From a virus: DNA of 64,000 nt. The position numbers and the translations under genes are program-made. The stretch is taken from the IMG/VR virus record IMGVR_UViG_3300032331_003094, positions 18,213 through 82,212 of that record. One strand, given 5' to 3'. This document shows, one piece after another, positions 1-8,895 of the stretch. Every line of letters starts with the position of its first letter. Position 1 is the first letter of the stretch. Under the pieces are notes generated by a model, which worked only from the letters and a program-made list of their open reading frames with translations, did no database searches and was not told the DNA's origin.

Positions 1-198
1 GTCATTATCATGTAATGAGGCGCAGGCAATCTCATATCCACGACGCCAACGTGTCCAAGCTGATTCACGATCTAGTACTGAAATTGATCCTGGGACACCG
101 CCCTTGGAAAACTCAGTGCTAATTGTTTGTACACGAAAAGGATTTGGGTCTTGTGTTCGACCAAAAGATCCAAATACATCGCCTCCTCTGGGCGTCAT
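1..198 (-). CDS. N-terminal part of a hypothetical (probably virion) protein, runs off the window
   Basis: ATG at 198, open frame MTPRGGDVFGSFGRTQDPNPF... to the window edge, directly after the stop of 202..981. Confidence 0.6.
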   Translation of the reverse strand, partial: MTPRGGDVFGSFGRTQDPNPFRVQTISTEFSKGGVPGSISVLDRESAWTRWRRGYEIACASLHDND

Positions 199-201
199 TT
201 T

Positions 202-981
202 TTAGTAGAAACCGCCTTGTGCATATACATGTACACCTGGGATGTAACCAGAGGAGTTGGGACCATCAGGGAATACACCAACGTAAATGCGGTCGCCACG
301 CTCCAGGTAAATACCTTTATTGCGTAGTGGTGCGGTAGTACCCAAGCCACTGGTGTTACCTGCAGCAGGCATTGGCACAGAAACGACGGGCATTACGTCA
401 GAGCAATCAACACTCTGAGTATTAGCTGGGACTGTTTTAGCGAACAGTAAACGATAGTCGCCACTGCCGGGGATGGGTGTGGTGGTATTACGTGTTTGGT
501 AGAAGGCAAATGTTACGGGTTGTTGATAGCCGTAACCAACACCAAGAAAATTAAAGCCACTAGAGAGGCCGCCGGAATAATTAAGTGCGCCAAGTTTACC
601 CGTAATGGTTGCCGAACCAGTGTAAGTATAATAACCAACGCCACTTGCAGTGCCGGTATTCATGGCGCCCGTAGTAGTAATCGAAACAATCTGTCCGCTT
701 ACCAGGGATACCGCATTGCCTGACGTGGTGGTGTCAAGGGTGTAGTCCGCTGCACGGTAAGCATCATTACGGACAATAGTAATTGAATCAACCACGCCGC
801 CACTATTATTATCTTCGCTTAATGCAGCGTCCATATCCACCAGGATGGAAGGAGCTTGTCCACCTTGTACAAATAAAGTATTGACGGATGCGCTGCCGAC
901 AGTTTGGGTTGTAACTCGGACCGAATCAAATAATGGCCGATCAGTTAACAAGGGTTGCTTGTTTGTACTAGTTGACGACAA
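202..981 (-). CDS. Putative virion structural protein (T/G/S-rich)
   Basis: 259 aa ORF in the structural module; TATAAT 22 nt upstream. Confidence 0.6.
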   Translation of the reverse strand: MSSTSTNKQPLLTDRPLFDSVRVTTQTVGSASVNTLFVQGGQAPSILVDMDAALSEDNNSGGVVDSITIVRNDAYRAADYTLDTTTSGNAVSLVSGQIVSITTTGAMNTGTASGVGYYTYTGSATITGKLGALNYSGGLSSGFNFLGVGYGYQQPVTFAFYQTRNTTTPIPGSGDYRLLFAKTVPANTQSVDCSDVMPVVSVPMPAAGNTSGLGTTAPLRNKGIYLERGDRIYVGVFPDGPNSSGYIPGVHVYAQGGFY

Positions 982-1023
982 TGTCTTTACGCGGTTTTTT
1001 TCATTATAGCGGAATTATTATTT

Positions 1024-1290
1024 TTACTGAGCAAAGCTTGCTAGGTTGCCAAATGGCGTATTTGGTAAATTCACTTCTGCTTGAAATAATGCTTCAGGAT
1101 TGTTTTGCAGAGCTAAAAACCTCTGAAACATGTCAGATTGTGGTTCATTGGCTGAGTCGTCTTTCATCTTATTTAATAAAGCAATGCGTTTTTTAAGTGT
1201 ATAAACAGGGTTCGGCACCACATTGCCATAGAGATATTGACTGGCTTCACTGGGTGAATAAGAGTCTAGATAATCGATACGTGAAGACAT
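1024..1290 (-). CDS. Hypothetical protein
   Basis: 88 aa ORF, co-oriented and tightly packed. Confidence 0.6.
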   Translation of the reverse strand: MSSRIDYLDSYSPSEASQYLYGNVVPNPVYTLKKRIALLNKMKDDSANEPQSDMFQRFLALQNNPEALFQAEVNLPNTPFGNLASFAQ

Positions 1291-1301
1291 TATTAAATTC
1301 C

Positions 1302-2030
1302 TCAGGCAATAGGTGACGAGCCAAGTCCAGACAAAATCCCCTCAGGGAATAAACTTTCAATTGCGCTACGTTTGTATTCATCTAGTAAACTTTGTGCAAT
1401 TGTCTGAGACGTAGACGGCTGTGTAACATCTTGTCCCAGTGCAGCCGATAATGTTTCGCCTACACCTGGCTGCTGTTCACCAGGTAAGGCAGATTGTAGC
1501 TGACCGGGCATAAGCTGTTTCCACCATTGCTTAGTTGGTGGTCTCTTAGTTTCATTGAAGAAAGTGTTTTCACTAAGGTCGGGTTTCGCACCATACTGCC
1601 TTAGTTGTTGCGGCGTTAAAAACCGTCTTTCTCCTTGAACAACAGCAGGAATTAAATTTGTCCCGTACTTAAGCAAATTACCTGTATCTTGTAGATACTT
1701 TGTACTACGAAAATCGGTGACACCACCAAGTTGGCTGGCAACATTTGCTAATTCTTGTTGGCCTTCTGGCGTGCTGTAATAAGCTTGTGCCTTAGCAATA
1801 CCAGGATTTTTGGGATTAAAACCGCCACCTTGAAGAACAGCATATTGACCAGGATTAAGCCAGCTGCCACTAGATCCAAATACTGGATTATGAAAACGAT
1901 TAATTAAAGACGCCAGGGTTCCTGGCTTGACGCCACGTTGCGGATCATATGCTTCCCGCGAGCCCACATCAAATAGTTTGGGGAGAAGCGTAGAGGTTAC
2001 GCCAAACATTGATGGGAGTTGTGGTGCCAT
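1302..2030 (-). CDS. Putative virion-associated cell-wall hydrolase (SleB/Hydrolase_2-like)
   Basis: Motif order REA...LASLINR...PGQY...GGVTDFRS...ENTFF resembles SleB-type hydrolases. Confidence 0.45.
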   Translation of the reverse strand: MAPQLPSMFGVTSTLLPKLFDVGSREAYDPQRGVKPGTLASLINRFHNPVFGSSGSWLNPGQYAVLQGGGFNPKNPGIAKAQAYYSTPEGQQELANVASQLGGVTDFRSTKYLQDTGNLLKYGTNLIPAVVQGERRFLTPQQLRQYGAKPDLSENTFFNETKRPPTKQWWKQLMPGQLQSALPGEQQPGVGETLSAALGQDVTQPSTSQTIAQSLLDEYKRSAIESLFPEGILSGLGSSPIA

Positions 2031-2267
2031 ACTGATGGTCTCCTTATGCTCCTACCCAGTTTGAATCAGCTTTGAGACCAGGGACAAAAACGGTTTGGCA
2101 TGCAAGCACAAGCGTTAATTTGGTCAGGATGCTTTTAACAAACTTAGGGCAAAGAATCATTGGTTTAATGCGGGAACACTGGCCTCCATGAATACAGAAG
2201 TATTCGTTATCCAGTAGGTGGACTTACCCACTGATGTGGTGCCAAGTAACTTTAGTTTACCAAAGGT

Positions 2268-3275
2268 TTATTTGAGGCCTTGTTGCATGTATGCTTGCCG
2301 CAGGAATGCACTATCTTTGGCTACCTTGGCAAAGTCTGGTGCCGAGAAAAGCTGTTGGCCATACGATGCTTTGATCATACCTTCAGATAAAGGTTGTTGT
2401 ACGGCACCAGGATTGAAGACTTGGGGTGTTGTGGACACCATGCCAACACCTGGGATGGGAGTACCAAATGTCTGTTGGTAGTCCATGGTCATCGGTGTTG
2501 AGACCGCGCTAGTGGCATCAAATTGATTTGTGGGCATTGGTAAACCACCTAAGGGAGAACCGCCTGCATTAGACATGCCAGGAGCGGTGCGTGATTCTGC
2601 GTACCCCATTTGACCGGACTTAAGTTTAGCGGCCAGTAACGGATTAGTTTGCGCCCAGATTTCTAAACCAATGCGTTGTTTTTCAGCAGGGCTAGCGGCA
2701 GTGTTGTACTGCTTGGTTAAGTCAGCAACTTGATATTTTTGAAATAAAGGATTTTGTGCGGTTTGTTGAGCAATACGAGCTTTTTCTACTTCGTAATTAC
2801 GATCTAAAACTGCATTATCTCTTGTATTTTTTTGTGGAAAATATTTACTAACTGCTTGAGCACTTTGCACTAAATCTGCGCCCGTAACAGGTTGGTTTGG
2901 ATTAAATCCAGGGGGGTTGTATTGCTCCAGCCTTGTGCCACCTGCTGCTGTTGGTAAAGGGTTATGTCCACCTAAAAGCGAATTCATAAAACGCCCTGGA
3001 GCCGAAAGTGTTTCACCAACACGATCAGTAAAGAGTTGCCCTTGAGGAGTTTTGCGGAATCCGGTCCAGGCTTCGGCACCAGCTTGAATTACAGGTGCTA
3101 AGACACTTGCGGTACCAAGACTGCCCAGAATACTACCAACTCCTCCAATACGGCTTACTGGTCTATTTGGAATTGCCCTTCCTGCAGGGCCAGACTGTGC
3201 TCTTAGTTGTTCCATGCGAATATCGTATGGCGTGGGAGCATTTCGACCGAATGTTACATTAGCCATTACCGCCAA
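2268..3275 (-). CDS. Putative internal virion protein
   Basis: 335 aa low-complexity G/A/Q-rich ORF in the structural module. Confidence 0.55.
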   Translation of the reverse strand: MAVMANVTFGRNAPTPYDIRMEQLRAQSGPAGRAIPNRPVSRIGGVGSILGSLGTASVLAPVIQAGAEAWTGFRKTPQGQLFTDRVGETLSAPGRFMNSLLGGHNPLPTAAGGTRLEQYNPPGFNPNQPVTGADLVQSAQAVSKYFPQKNTRDNAVLDRNYEVEKARIAQQTAQNPLFQKYQVADLTKQYNTAASPAEKQRIGLEIWAQTNPLLAAKLKSGQMGYAESRTAPGMSNAGGSPLGGLPMPTNQFDATSAVSTPMTMDYQQTFGTPIPGVGMVSTTPQVFNPGAVQQPLSEGMIKASYGQQLFSAPDFAKVAKDSAFLRQAYMQQGLK

Positions 3276-3727
3276 ACCTCATGAAGATAGATACGTGATC
3301 CGACTGCTGTGTCGGCTGGCCCAGGTAAGGCCTGGATAAATTCAGCACCAGAGCGTTCATACCGATAACGCGCCTGGTATTCGTCTTTGTAGTTAGGTAC
3401 AAACAAGATACTGGCCAGACGATTGGTTTCGTACAAATAAATTTGATTCCAAACCTTTAATGCTTCTGCAGCATTGCTGGAACGGATTGTGCGATCAACG
3501 TCACCAATGATGCTTTCCAACCTGGTATTAGGGTTAGAAGCAACCTCTGTTTTCTTTTCGGCCGTATCACAACGACCGATTTGAATAACAATCTTGTCGT
3601 AGAAGTACGAATCTGGGACGGTGTTTAATGCTTCTTCGAGCCGACTGTAATCGCCAGCTGGCACAGAAACAGTAAAGTACCCCAGGTGGTACCTGACCCT
3701 GCTTTTATCGAAGTCAGATAACTGCAC
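3266..3727 (-). CDS. Putative head completion / head-tail connector protein
   Basis: 153 aa helical ORF (MQLSDFDKSRVRYHLGY) downstream of capsid genes; function by position only. Confidence 0.45.
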   Translation of the reverse strand: MQLSDFDKSRVRYHLGYFTVSVPAGDYSRLEEALNTVPDSYFYDKIVIQIGRCDTAEKKTEVASNPNTRLESIIGDVDRTIRSSNAAEALKVWNQIYLYETNRLASILFVPNYKDEYQARYRYERSGAEFIQALPGPADTAVGSRIYLHEVWR

Positions 3728-3766
3728 TAACTTAAGACATTATTTTCAATTATAAGAGTTAGAAAC

Positions 3767-4474
3767 TCAACCCCAGATAGCCTTTGTATATTCTTCCGGC
3801 AAACCTGTTGGTGTTTGTAATCCGGCACCTGGATTTAAAGCTTGGTTCAATAAAGAAGCAGTGACTTGCTCCTTCATTGCATCCAAGAAAGATTGAGGTT
3901 TTTTTGCTCGCTCTCTTGATTCCGCATTGTATTGTGTGCCATATAAAAATGCTTCAAGTAAATCTTGGGTTCTTTGATTTGCTTGATCGTAATTTTGTGG
4001 TGCATTAATTGGGGGTGTTTGACTTGCAGTGGCGCCCCCCAAAGATGCTAGGTGGCCAAGACCAATTTCATATTTGTTATCACCGGTTTTAAATGTACCA
4101 AGATTTCCGAATCCTCCTTGATTGGCAAGGGGTGTATAAGCCCCCTCTCCCACATATTTCAACTGTGTGCCAGCTGGCAATGCAAGATCTTCTCCTTGGT
4201 GAAAAGTACTCGCACCAGCAGTTGGCGCAGAACGTCCACCAAATCCAGACGTGACTTGAATACCAGACTGTGGGTTGACTACAATTTTTCCAGATGCGTC
4301 TTTGATGAATGCAGGAATTTCCCCTTCACCAACACGTAATCCCATAAGGGGACTACGAATTGTACTTGGATTAATGTATTGATTTGTTGCTAAATCTTTA
4401 ACGTACAAATGTGCATGGGGACCAGTAGCTGTCCCTGTTTGACCAACTGTACCTAAGAATGTTTTTGTTGCCAT
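3767..4474 (-). CDS. M23 family metallopeptidase, circularly permuted
   Basis: GTVGQTGTATGPHAH (HxH) at N-terminus, then VTSGFG.R..P...FHQGEDLA (HxxxD), GGFGN and GHL. Confidence 0.75.
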   Translation of the reverse strand: MATKTFLGTVGQTGTATGPHAHLYVKDLATNQYINPSTIRSPLMGLRVGEGEIPAFIKDASGKIVVNPQSGIQVTSGFGGRSAPTAGASTFHQGEDLALPAGTQLKYVGEGAYTPLANQGGFGNLGTFKTGDNKYEIGLGHLASLGGATASQTPPINAPQNYDQANQRTQDLLEAFLYGTQYNAESRERAKKPQSFLDAMKEQVTASLLNQALNPGAGLQTPTGLPEEYTKAIWG

Positions 4475-4504
4475 GTTCCTTTACCCTTATCTGTATTTTA
4501 AAAT

Positions 4505-4528
4505 AAAAAACCCCGCATTTCTGCGGGG
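4505..4528 (-). terminator. Rho-independent terminator
   Basis: Minus strand CCCCGCA-GAAA-TGCGGGG followed by a T run, after the HhH gene. Confidence 0.85.
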
Positions 4529-4551
4529 CAATAAAGGAGATGAGTTGGTAA

Positions 4552-4962
4552 CTAAACCCTGATCAAGTTAGCTGCCATAACGGCATCCCAATCAACACGT
4601 TTAATCCTTTTAAGCTGCTCAAGATTGTTAAACCTTTCACCCGATAATGACATCTGGAGATCTTTAATCTCACGGGCAGTCTTAAGACCAATTCCCTTAA
4701 TATGATCTGCGATCATCTGCGGAGTGGCACTATTGATATTTAAACGAGTATCGGGCGGAAAAACACGAGGTTCTTCTTTTGATGCTTTGTCCTTTACTTG
4801 AAGTGTTTGGACTTTTTTAGTCGCTACTTCATCAGGATTTAATTCAGATTTGTAAGCGGTAAAAAGGCGACCATCTTGGTCTTCGACCATGAACCAGTCG
4901 CCATTATCAAACTCGCTAACAATTTTGACGCGTGCGCCAGTTTTTTTGTGCTGATAAAGCAT
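4552..4962 (-). CDS. Helix-hairpin-helix (ComEA-like) DNA-binding protein
   Basis: RLNINSAT...IKGIGLKTAREI...FNNLEQLKRIKRV. Confidence 0.75.
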   Translation of the reverse strand: MLYQHKKTGARVKIVSEFDNGDWFMVEDQDGRLFTAYKSELNPDEVATKKVQTLQVKDKASKEEPRVFPPDTRLNINSATPQMIADHIKGIGLKTAREIKDLQMSLSGERFNNLEQLKRIKRVDWDAVMAANLIRV

Positions 4963-4999
4963 AGGTACCAGGAGTTATCTGGTACCTACTTTAGCCTAA

Positions 5000-5830
5000 T
5001 CAGCCGCTAGTGACGGTACGACCGGTCAGATATCCATCGATATCTTCATAGCCAGGAGCATCATCCGGACGGATGTAGCACACTTCGACAACCAGGTAGC
5101 CAGTGCGGCCAGCAGCCACGTCAGCATCCGAGATGTACACACCACCAGAGGCAGTGGTGGCGTTAGCGGAACCCTTGGCAAACACGCCGAGAAGGGTGGA
5201 AGCAGTGGCTTGGTAATAAACGTTGGTATTGGTAACGCCAGTAGCGCCGGTAGCGGTAAGGAAAGGATCAGTACCGAAGGCTTGGCTACCACCAGAGAAG
5301 TAAATCTTGGTGGATGCATCACCAGAGACCGTGGAGGTCAGGTTGGCCTGAATCACGTTTTCGCCAACGCCAGAAGCAGCAGTACCGGTGGCGGCAACAG
5401 CAGTACCGGTGTTGCGACCGAAGGAGATCACGTTACCAGTAGAAGCATAAACACCAGAGGCGGCACGGCCATCCCAACCAGAAGCCACGGAAATCGCAGC
5501 GCGATACACGTAGGCAGCTTGGGTGGAGTTACCAGAGATCACCATACCGGTGATATCGGTGCGGGTGTCGTCATTCCGATAGGGGGAAGGAACGATCACG
5601 CTCATGTACTGACCGCTGGCGGTAGCGGAGCCAGATGCCCAGGTGATGGGCACATAACCACGTTGTTGGAAATAACGATAGCCAGGAACAGCCAACACAG
5701 AAGTGGGGCCTGCTTTGGAGGCGTTATAGCTGGTACCACCTTGAGCAGTGGTATCAATATTTTTGTACCAACCGTTCAGGGGCTCTGCCCAGTTACCTGG
5801 GTAGATTTTTTTAGCAGACAAGTAAGTCAT
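5000..5830 (-). CDS. Putative head decoration / minor capsid protein
   Basis: 276 aa A/G/T-rich ORF right after the major capsid gene, AGGAG RBS, capsid-like codon bias. Confidence 0.6.
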   Translation of the reverse strand: MTYLSAKKIYPGNWAEPLNGWYKNIDTTAQGGTSYNASKAGPTSVLAVPGYRYFQQRGYVPITWASGSATASGQYMSVIVPSPYRNDDTRTDITGMVISGNSTQAAYVYRAAISVASGWDGRAASGVYASTGNVISFGRNTGTAVAATGTAASGVGENVIQANLTSTVSGDASTKIYFSGGSQAFGTDPFLTATGATGVTNTNVYYQATASTLLGVFAKGSANATTASGGVYISDADVAAGRTGYLVVEVCYIRPDDAPGYEDIDGYLTGRTVTSG

Positions 5831-5861
5831 CTATTTCTCCTTGAGATTTTATTTATGGTTA

Positions 5862-8742
5862 TCAAACGATGCCGTCATCTTGGATGAAGCTAAAGCCGGT
5901 GGTAACGAAATCTTTGTTCAGGATTTCAAAACCAGCGTACAATTGCCAAATCAGGATGATGAAGCGGCTGAAGTCATCGTTGTTGTTGATCAACACCTGG
6001 GCGTTAGGACCGCCGATGCCGACGCCGATGGCTTGGGGACCGAAGAAGTAACCTTGAGCAACTTCTTGGGTGGAGTAGTTGGAACCACCGTCAAAAGATG
6101 CACTCAGGGTCTTGGTGGGGAAGTTGGTCGATTCGAAGAACTTCACACCTTCAAACTGCACGCCGGTAGGCATAACAGGTTCACCAGCCAGGAAATAACC
6201 TTGGCCAGCTTGGGGACCCATGTAGAAGCTGGAGTTGTTGGGCATCGCAGGGTTGCCCATGTACATCCCCTGACCGGGATTACCAGCGTAACGAGCGATC
6301 TCACGGAAGTCAGGATCACGCCGCAGGTGCAGCATGAAAGTAGGATCGCAGATGCAACGATACAGACCATCGGAATAGGTCGGCACGTTACGCTTGCGCA
6401 AGTCTTTAACAACGTTCAGTAAGTCAGTACGGACTTGGAACTGTTGAACTTGAGCACCATATTCAGTGGAAGTGTAGGAAACACGACCGGAAGAATCTTT
6501 AGCTTTGTTACCAGCGAAGTAGTAACCACCTTGGGTGGTAGAAGCTTGGCCATTGGCTTCAGCTTTGGACAGTTCGTCAATGAAGACGCGGTCACGCCAC
6601 CGACGATAGTCATCCAGCAGGGTGAGGCTACCGATGGACTGGTGGAACATATTCAGGTTACCGGTATCCAGCAGCAGACGCTGGGCGGTAATCAGGGTTT
6701 CACGAGCAATCTTGAAGGTCGAAGGCTGGGTCGGATCGCCCGGGTCCGCAGGACCGGTGTATTCCTTAAGCACCACCAGGACTTTCTCCTTGGTGATGTT
6801 ACGGCTATTGGCGGTACCGATGGTTTGGTCGGCAATACGCTCGCGGCTATCCTTCGTACCAGGGGTTCCCCAGAACTTGTACAGGTGTTATCCCAAAGGC
6901 TCTTTATCCTTTGGTTCTTACGGTTTATCATCCCGTAAGTTCAGACTATATCATCAAACAATTACTGATTGTTTGTCCTGCGCTCGTGCCCTCTTATCGT
7001 CTTCATCTGCAAAAGCAATGTTAAGACTCGCTGCGTATGTTTCAGAATTTTTAGTTCTGTTTTTATAACGCAGGGTCACTTTATTTTGTAACGTTGAGTG
7101 CATGTGGGGCTTTAGTAACGTTACAAAATCAGGCATCTCTCCACTTAATATTCTTAAACGATAGTGCGCTCTATCTAAATAGAGTTTTGGATTTACGTTG
7201 GCAATATCATGAATCCAAGAGGCAATTATTTTTGCTTCTTGTTCCATGCAGTAAGTAGCAAGTAGGCCAACATTGTTGGAACTAACCACGCAACCGTCAT
7301 CCATCCAAAAAACAGCTAACGCTTCCAGTCCTAAATCACATAAGTAATCTTTGGAAAAAAGTTTTTTACCTTTTGGATAAAACTGTTCCCTCAATGGAAC
7401 CAGTAATTTACTGGTAACCATAGACTGGCAAGAATAATAAGTTTTCAAGGTGCGCTTATCGTAAACCTCTCTTGAATTTACTTTTCCGTTTGTACCAAGT
7501 TCTTGATTAATTTTGGTCATTTTCCACTCTAAAAACTGTTTTTGTTTTTGAGAGTGTGTAAAAGATAAGTAACAAGTGTTCTTACCTTTTGGATAACCTA
7601 AACACCCGTCGCCAAGAGTACAGGCTTTGGAAAAGGAGAGGCTCACTGTGTGACCAAGGGTAGTCGTTGGACCTTCCGACCATTTCTGGGCGGCTTGGCT
7701 GCTGATTGCCCAATGCTAACGCATCGAAGGGTTTCCAGCAATTCACAGGATTTAAAGACCGCTACAAACTCAACGGTCTAATTGAACGGTTTGACCAGGC
7801 TGGCGGGTGAAGTCGTGGACAACCACGGGCTCTACTGCCATTTCGGCAATGTAGGCGGGGTGGGGACGATAGAGTTCCGCACCCAAGATTTTTGGAAAAT
7901 CGTTCTCCTGGTCTCTAGTTTCTTAGAGGGGTGGACTATCTCTTCATCCCTGTGGGATGCCGGACGCTAAATCTGGTATTACGTAACAAGTGCGTGTTAC
8001 ACCCAGTAGTCTCTGCACGTTCCAATCACGGTCTTGATTGGCTTCGCTCAGGATTACCCTCGGCTTTACGTTAGGGCTTCCCTGAATTCATCCGGTTTGC
8101 ACTCATCAATTGCTCGATGAGGTGACAACGTTGAGCGTTCAGTTGAGGCATGCTATGCTTTGGAAAAATGTTGATAAACAACATGGAACCAAAACTTGTA
8201 CCTGGGTTTGGTAACCTTTACTTAACGGAAGACGGTCGAGCTTTCAAGAAGAAACTTAATGAACAGGATCAAGAAGAACTTGAAGAACTTCCTATTAGTT
8301 CGACCAGTGTTTATGACAGGGTTTCAGTTCTTGTAGATGGAAGAAAGAAACGCTTTCACTTACACGTGTTAATGGCAATTGCTTTTCTTGGGTTAGACCT
8401 AAGAGCCCATGGCAATCATAATTTTTCTCTTCAGGTAAATCATTTAGATAACAACAAGCGAAATAATCGACTTGATAATCTGGAAATCGTTACCAAACAA
8501 GAGAACTTAACGAAGGCTTGGGAATCTGGTTGTTACCAAAATAATGGTTTTGCCAGTAAAGGGAAACCGAAGAAGTCTTTAAGAAAGTTTTCTTCGGAAG
8601 ACGTGATGCAAATTAAAGCTTTGAAGGAGGCTGGGCTTTCATATCGAAAGATTGCCGAAAAGTTCAACTGCAATCACGGAGCTATTTACCAAATCCTAAA
8701 AGGGCATACCTACCAGGATCTGAACTAGCTATCAATAAACAC
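5862..8742 (-). CDS. Major capsid protein, spliced: join(8742..8731, 7904..7773, 6881..5862), 387 aa
   Basis: GGAGG RBS, GTG start; exons join in frame as MFID|NDFPKILGAELYRPH...VQLDR|YKFWGTPGTKDSRE...VLKEYTGP; lies after portal and scaffold; highly expressed codon bias. Confidence 0.9.
6882..7772 (-). mobile_element. Group I intron 2 of the capsid gene (IA-like, 891 nt)
   Basis: 5' exon ends U (GACCGU); IGS UUGUAGCGGUC pairs both exons; P GAAUUGCUGGAAA, Q AAUCAGCAGC, R CAACGACUAC, S GAUAUAGUC; P3 UCCUGUG/CGCAGGA; terminal G at 6882. Confidence 0.92.
6954..7646 (-). CDS. Intron-encoded LAGLIDADG homing endonuclease (two-motif, I-SceI-like)
   Basis: ACTLGDGCL and LAVFWMDDG motifs; AT-rich; inserted between P7 and P3' and overlapping P3'/P8/S. 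Confidence 0.88.
   Translation of the reverse strand: MSLSFSKACTLGDGCLGYPKGKNTCYLSFTHSQKQKQFLEWKMTKINQELGTNGKVNSREVYDKRTLKTYYSCQSMVTSKLLVPLREQFYPKGKKLFSKDYLCDLGLEALAVFWMDDGCVVSSNNVGLLATYCMEQEAKIIASWIHDIANVNPKLYLDRAHYRLRILSGEMPDFVTLLKPHMHSTLQNKVTLRYKNRTKNSETYAASLNIAFADEDDKRARAQDKQSVIV
8131..8159 (+). promoter_or_regulatory. Putative sigma70-type promoter for the antisense HNH gene
   Basis: TTGAGC-17 nt-TATGCT, 23 nt before ATG 8183. Confidence 0.5.
8183..8728 (+). CDS. Intron-encoded HNH homing endonuclease with C-terminal HTH, antisense to the host gene
   Basis: FHLHVLMAIAF...VNHLDNNKRNNRLDNLEIVTKQEN; AGLSYRKIAEKFNC HTH; the ORF track starts at 8150 but 8183 is the more likely start. Confidence 0.88.
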   Translation: MEPKLVPGFGNLYLTEDGRAFKKKLNEQDQEELEELPISSTSVYDRVSVLVDGRKKRFHLHVLMAIAFLGLDLRAHGNHNFSLQVNHLDNNKRNNRLDNLEIVTKQENLTKAWESGCYQNNGFASKGKPKKSLRKFSSEDVMQIKALKEAGLSYRKIAEKFNCNHGAIYQILKGHTYQDLN

Positions 8743-8895
8743 TTTGGTTTATCCTCCAGTGTCTTGTTTTTATTCGGGTGAAAGAACGGACCGAAGTCCT
8801 TTCTTATCTAAAATTTTAGCAGTTGATAATTTATGTGTGAATACATACTAAAAACCAGGCAGTAAATAAATACCACCTGGTTTAAAGTTTGAATA

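Larger units (their letters stand above)
7905..8730 (-). mobile_element. Group I intron 1 of the capsid gene (826 nt)
   Basis: 5' exon ends U (AUUGAU); IGS CGUUGUCA (8130..8123) pairs UGAU|AACG; P GAAUUCAGGGAA, Q AAUCCUGAGC, R GCAGAGACUAC, S GAGAUAGUCC; P3 CCGGAUG/CGUCCGG; terminal G at 7905. Confidence 0.92.

Noticed and set aside
6692-6931. 79-aa minus ORF, or a frameshift/pseudogene reading of the capsid gene
   Set aside because: Explained by the intron 2 3' end; splicing restores the frame exactly
5210-7068. Long + strand ORFs (5210..5887, 5841..6422, 6435..6938, 6622..7068)
   Set aside because: Antisense shadows of strongly codon-biased capsid genes
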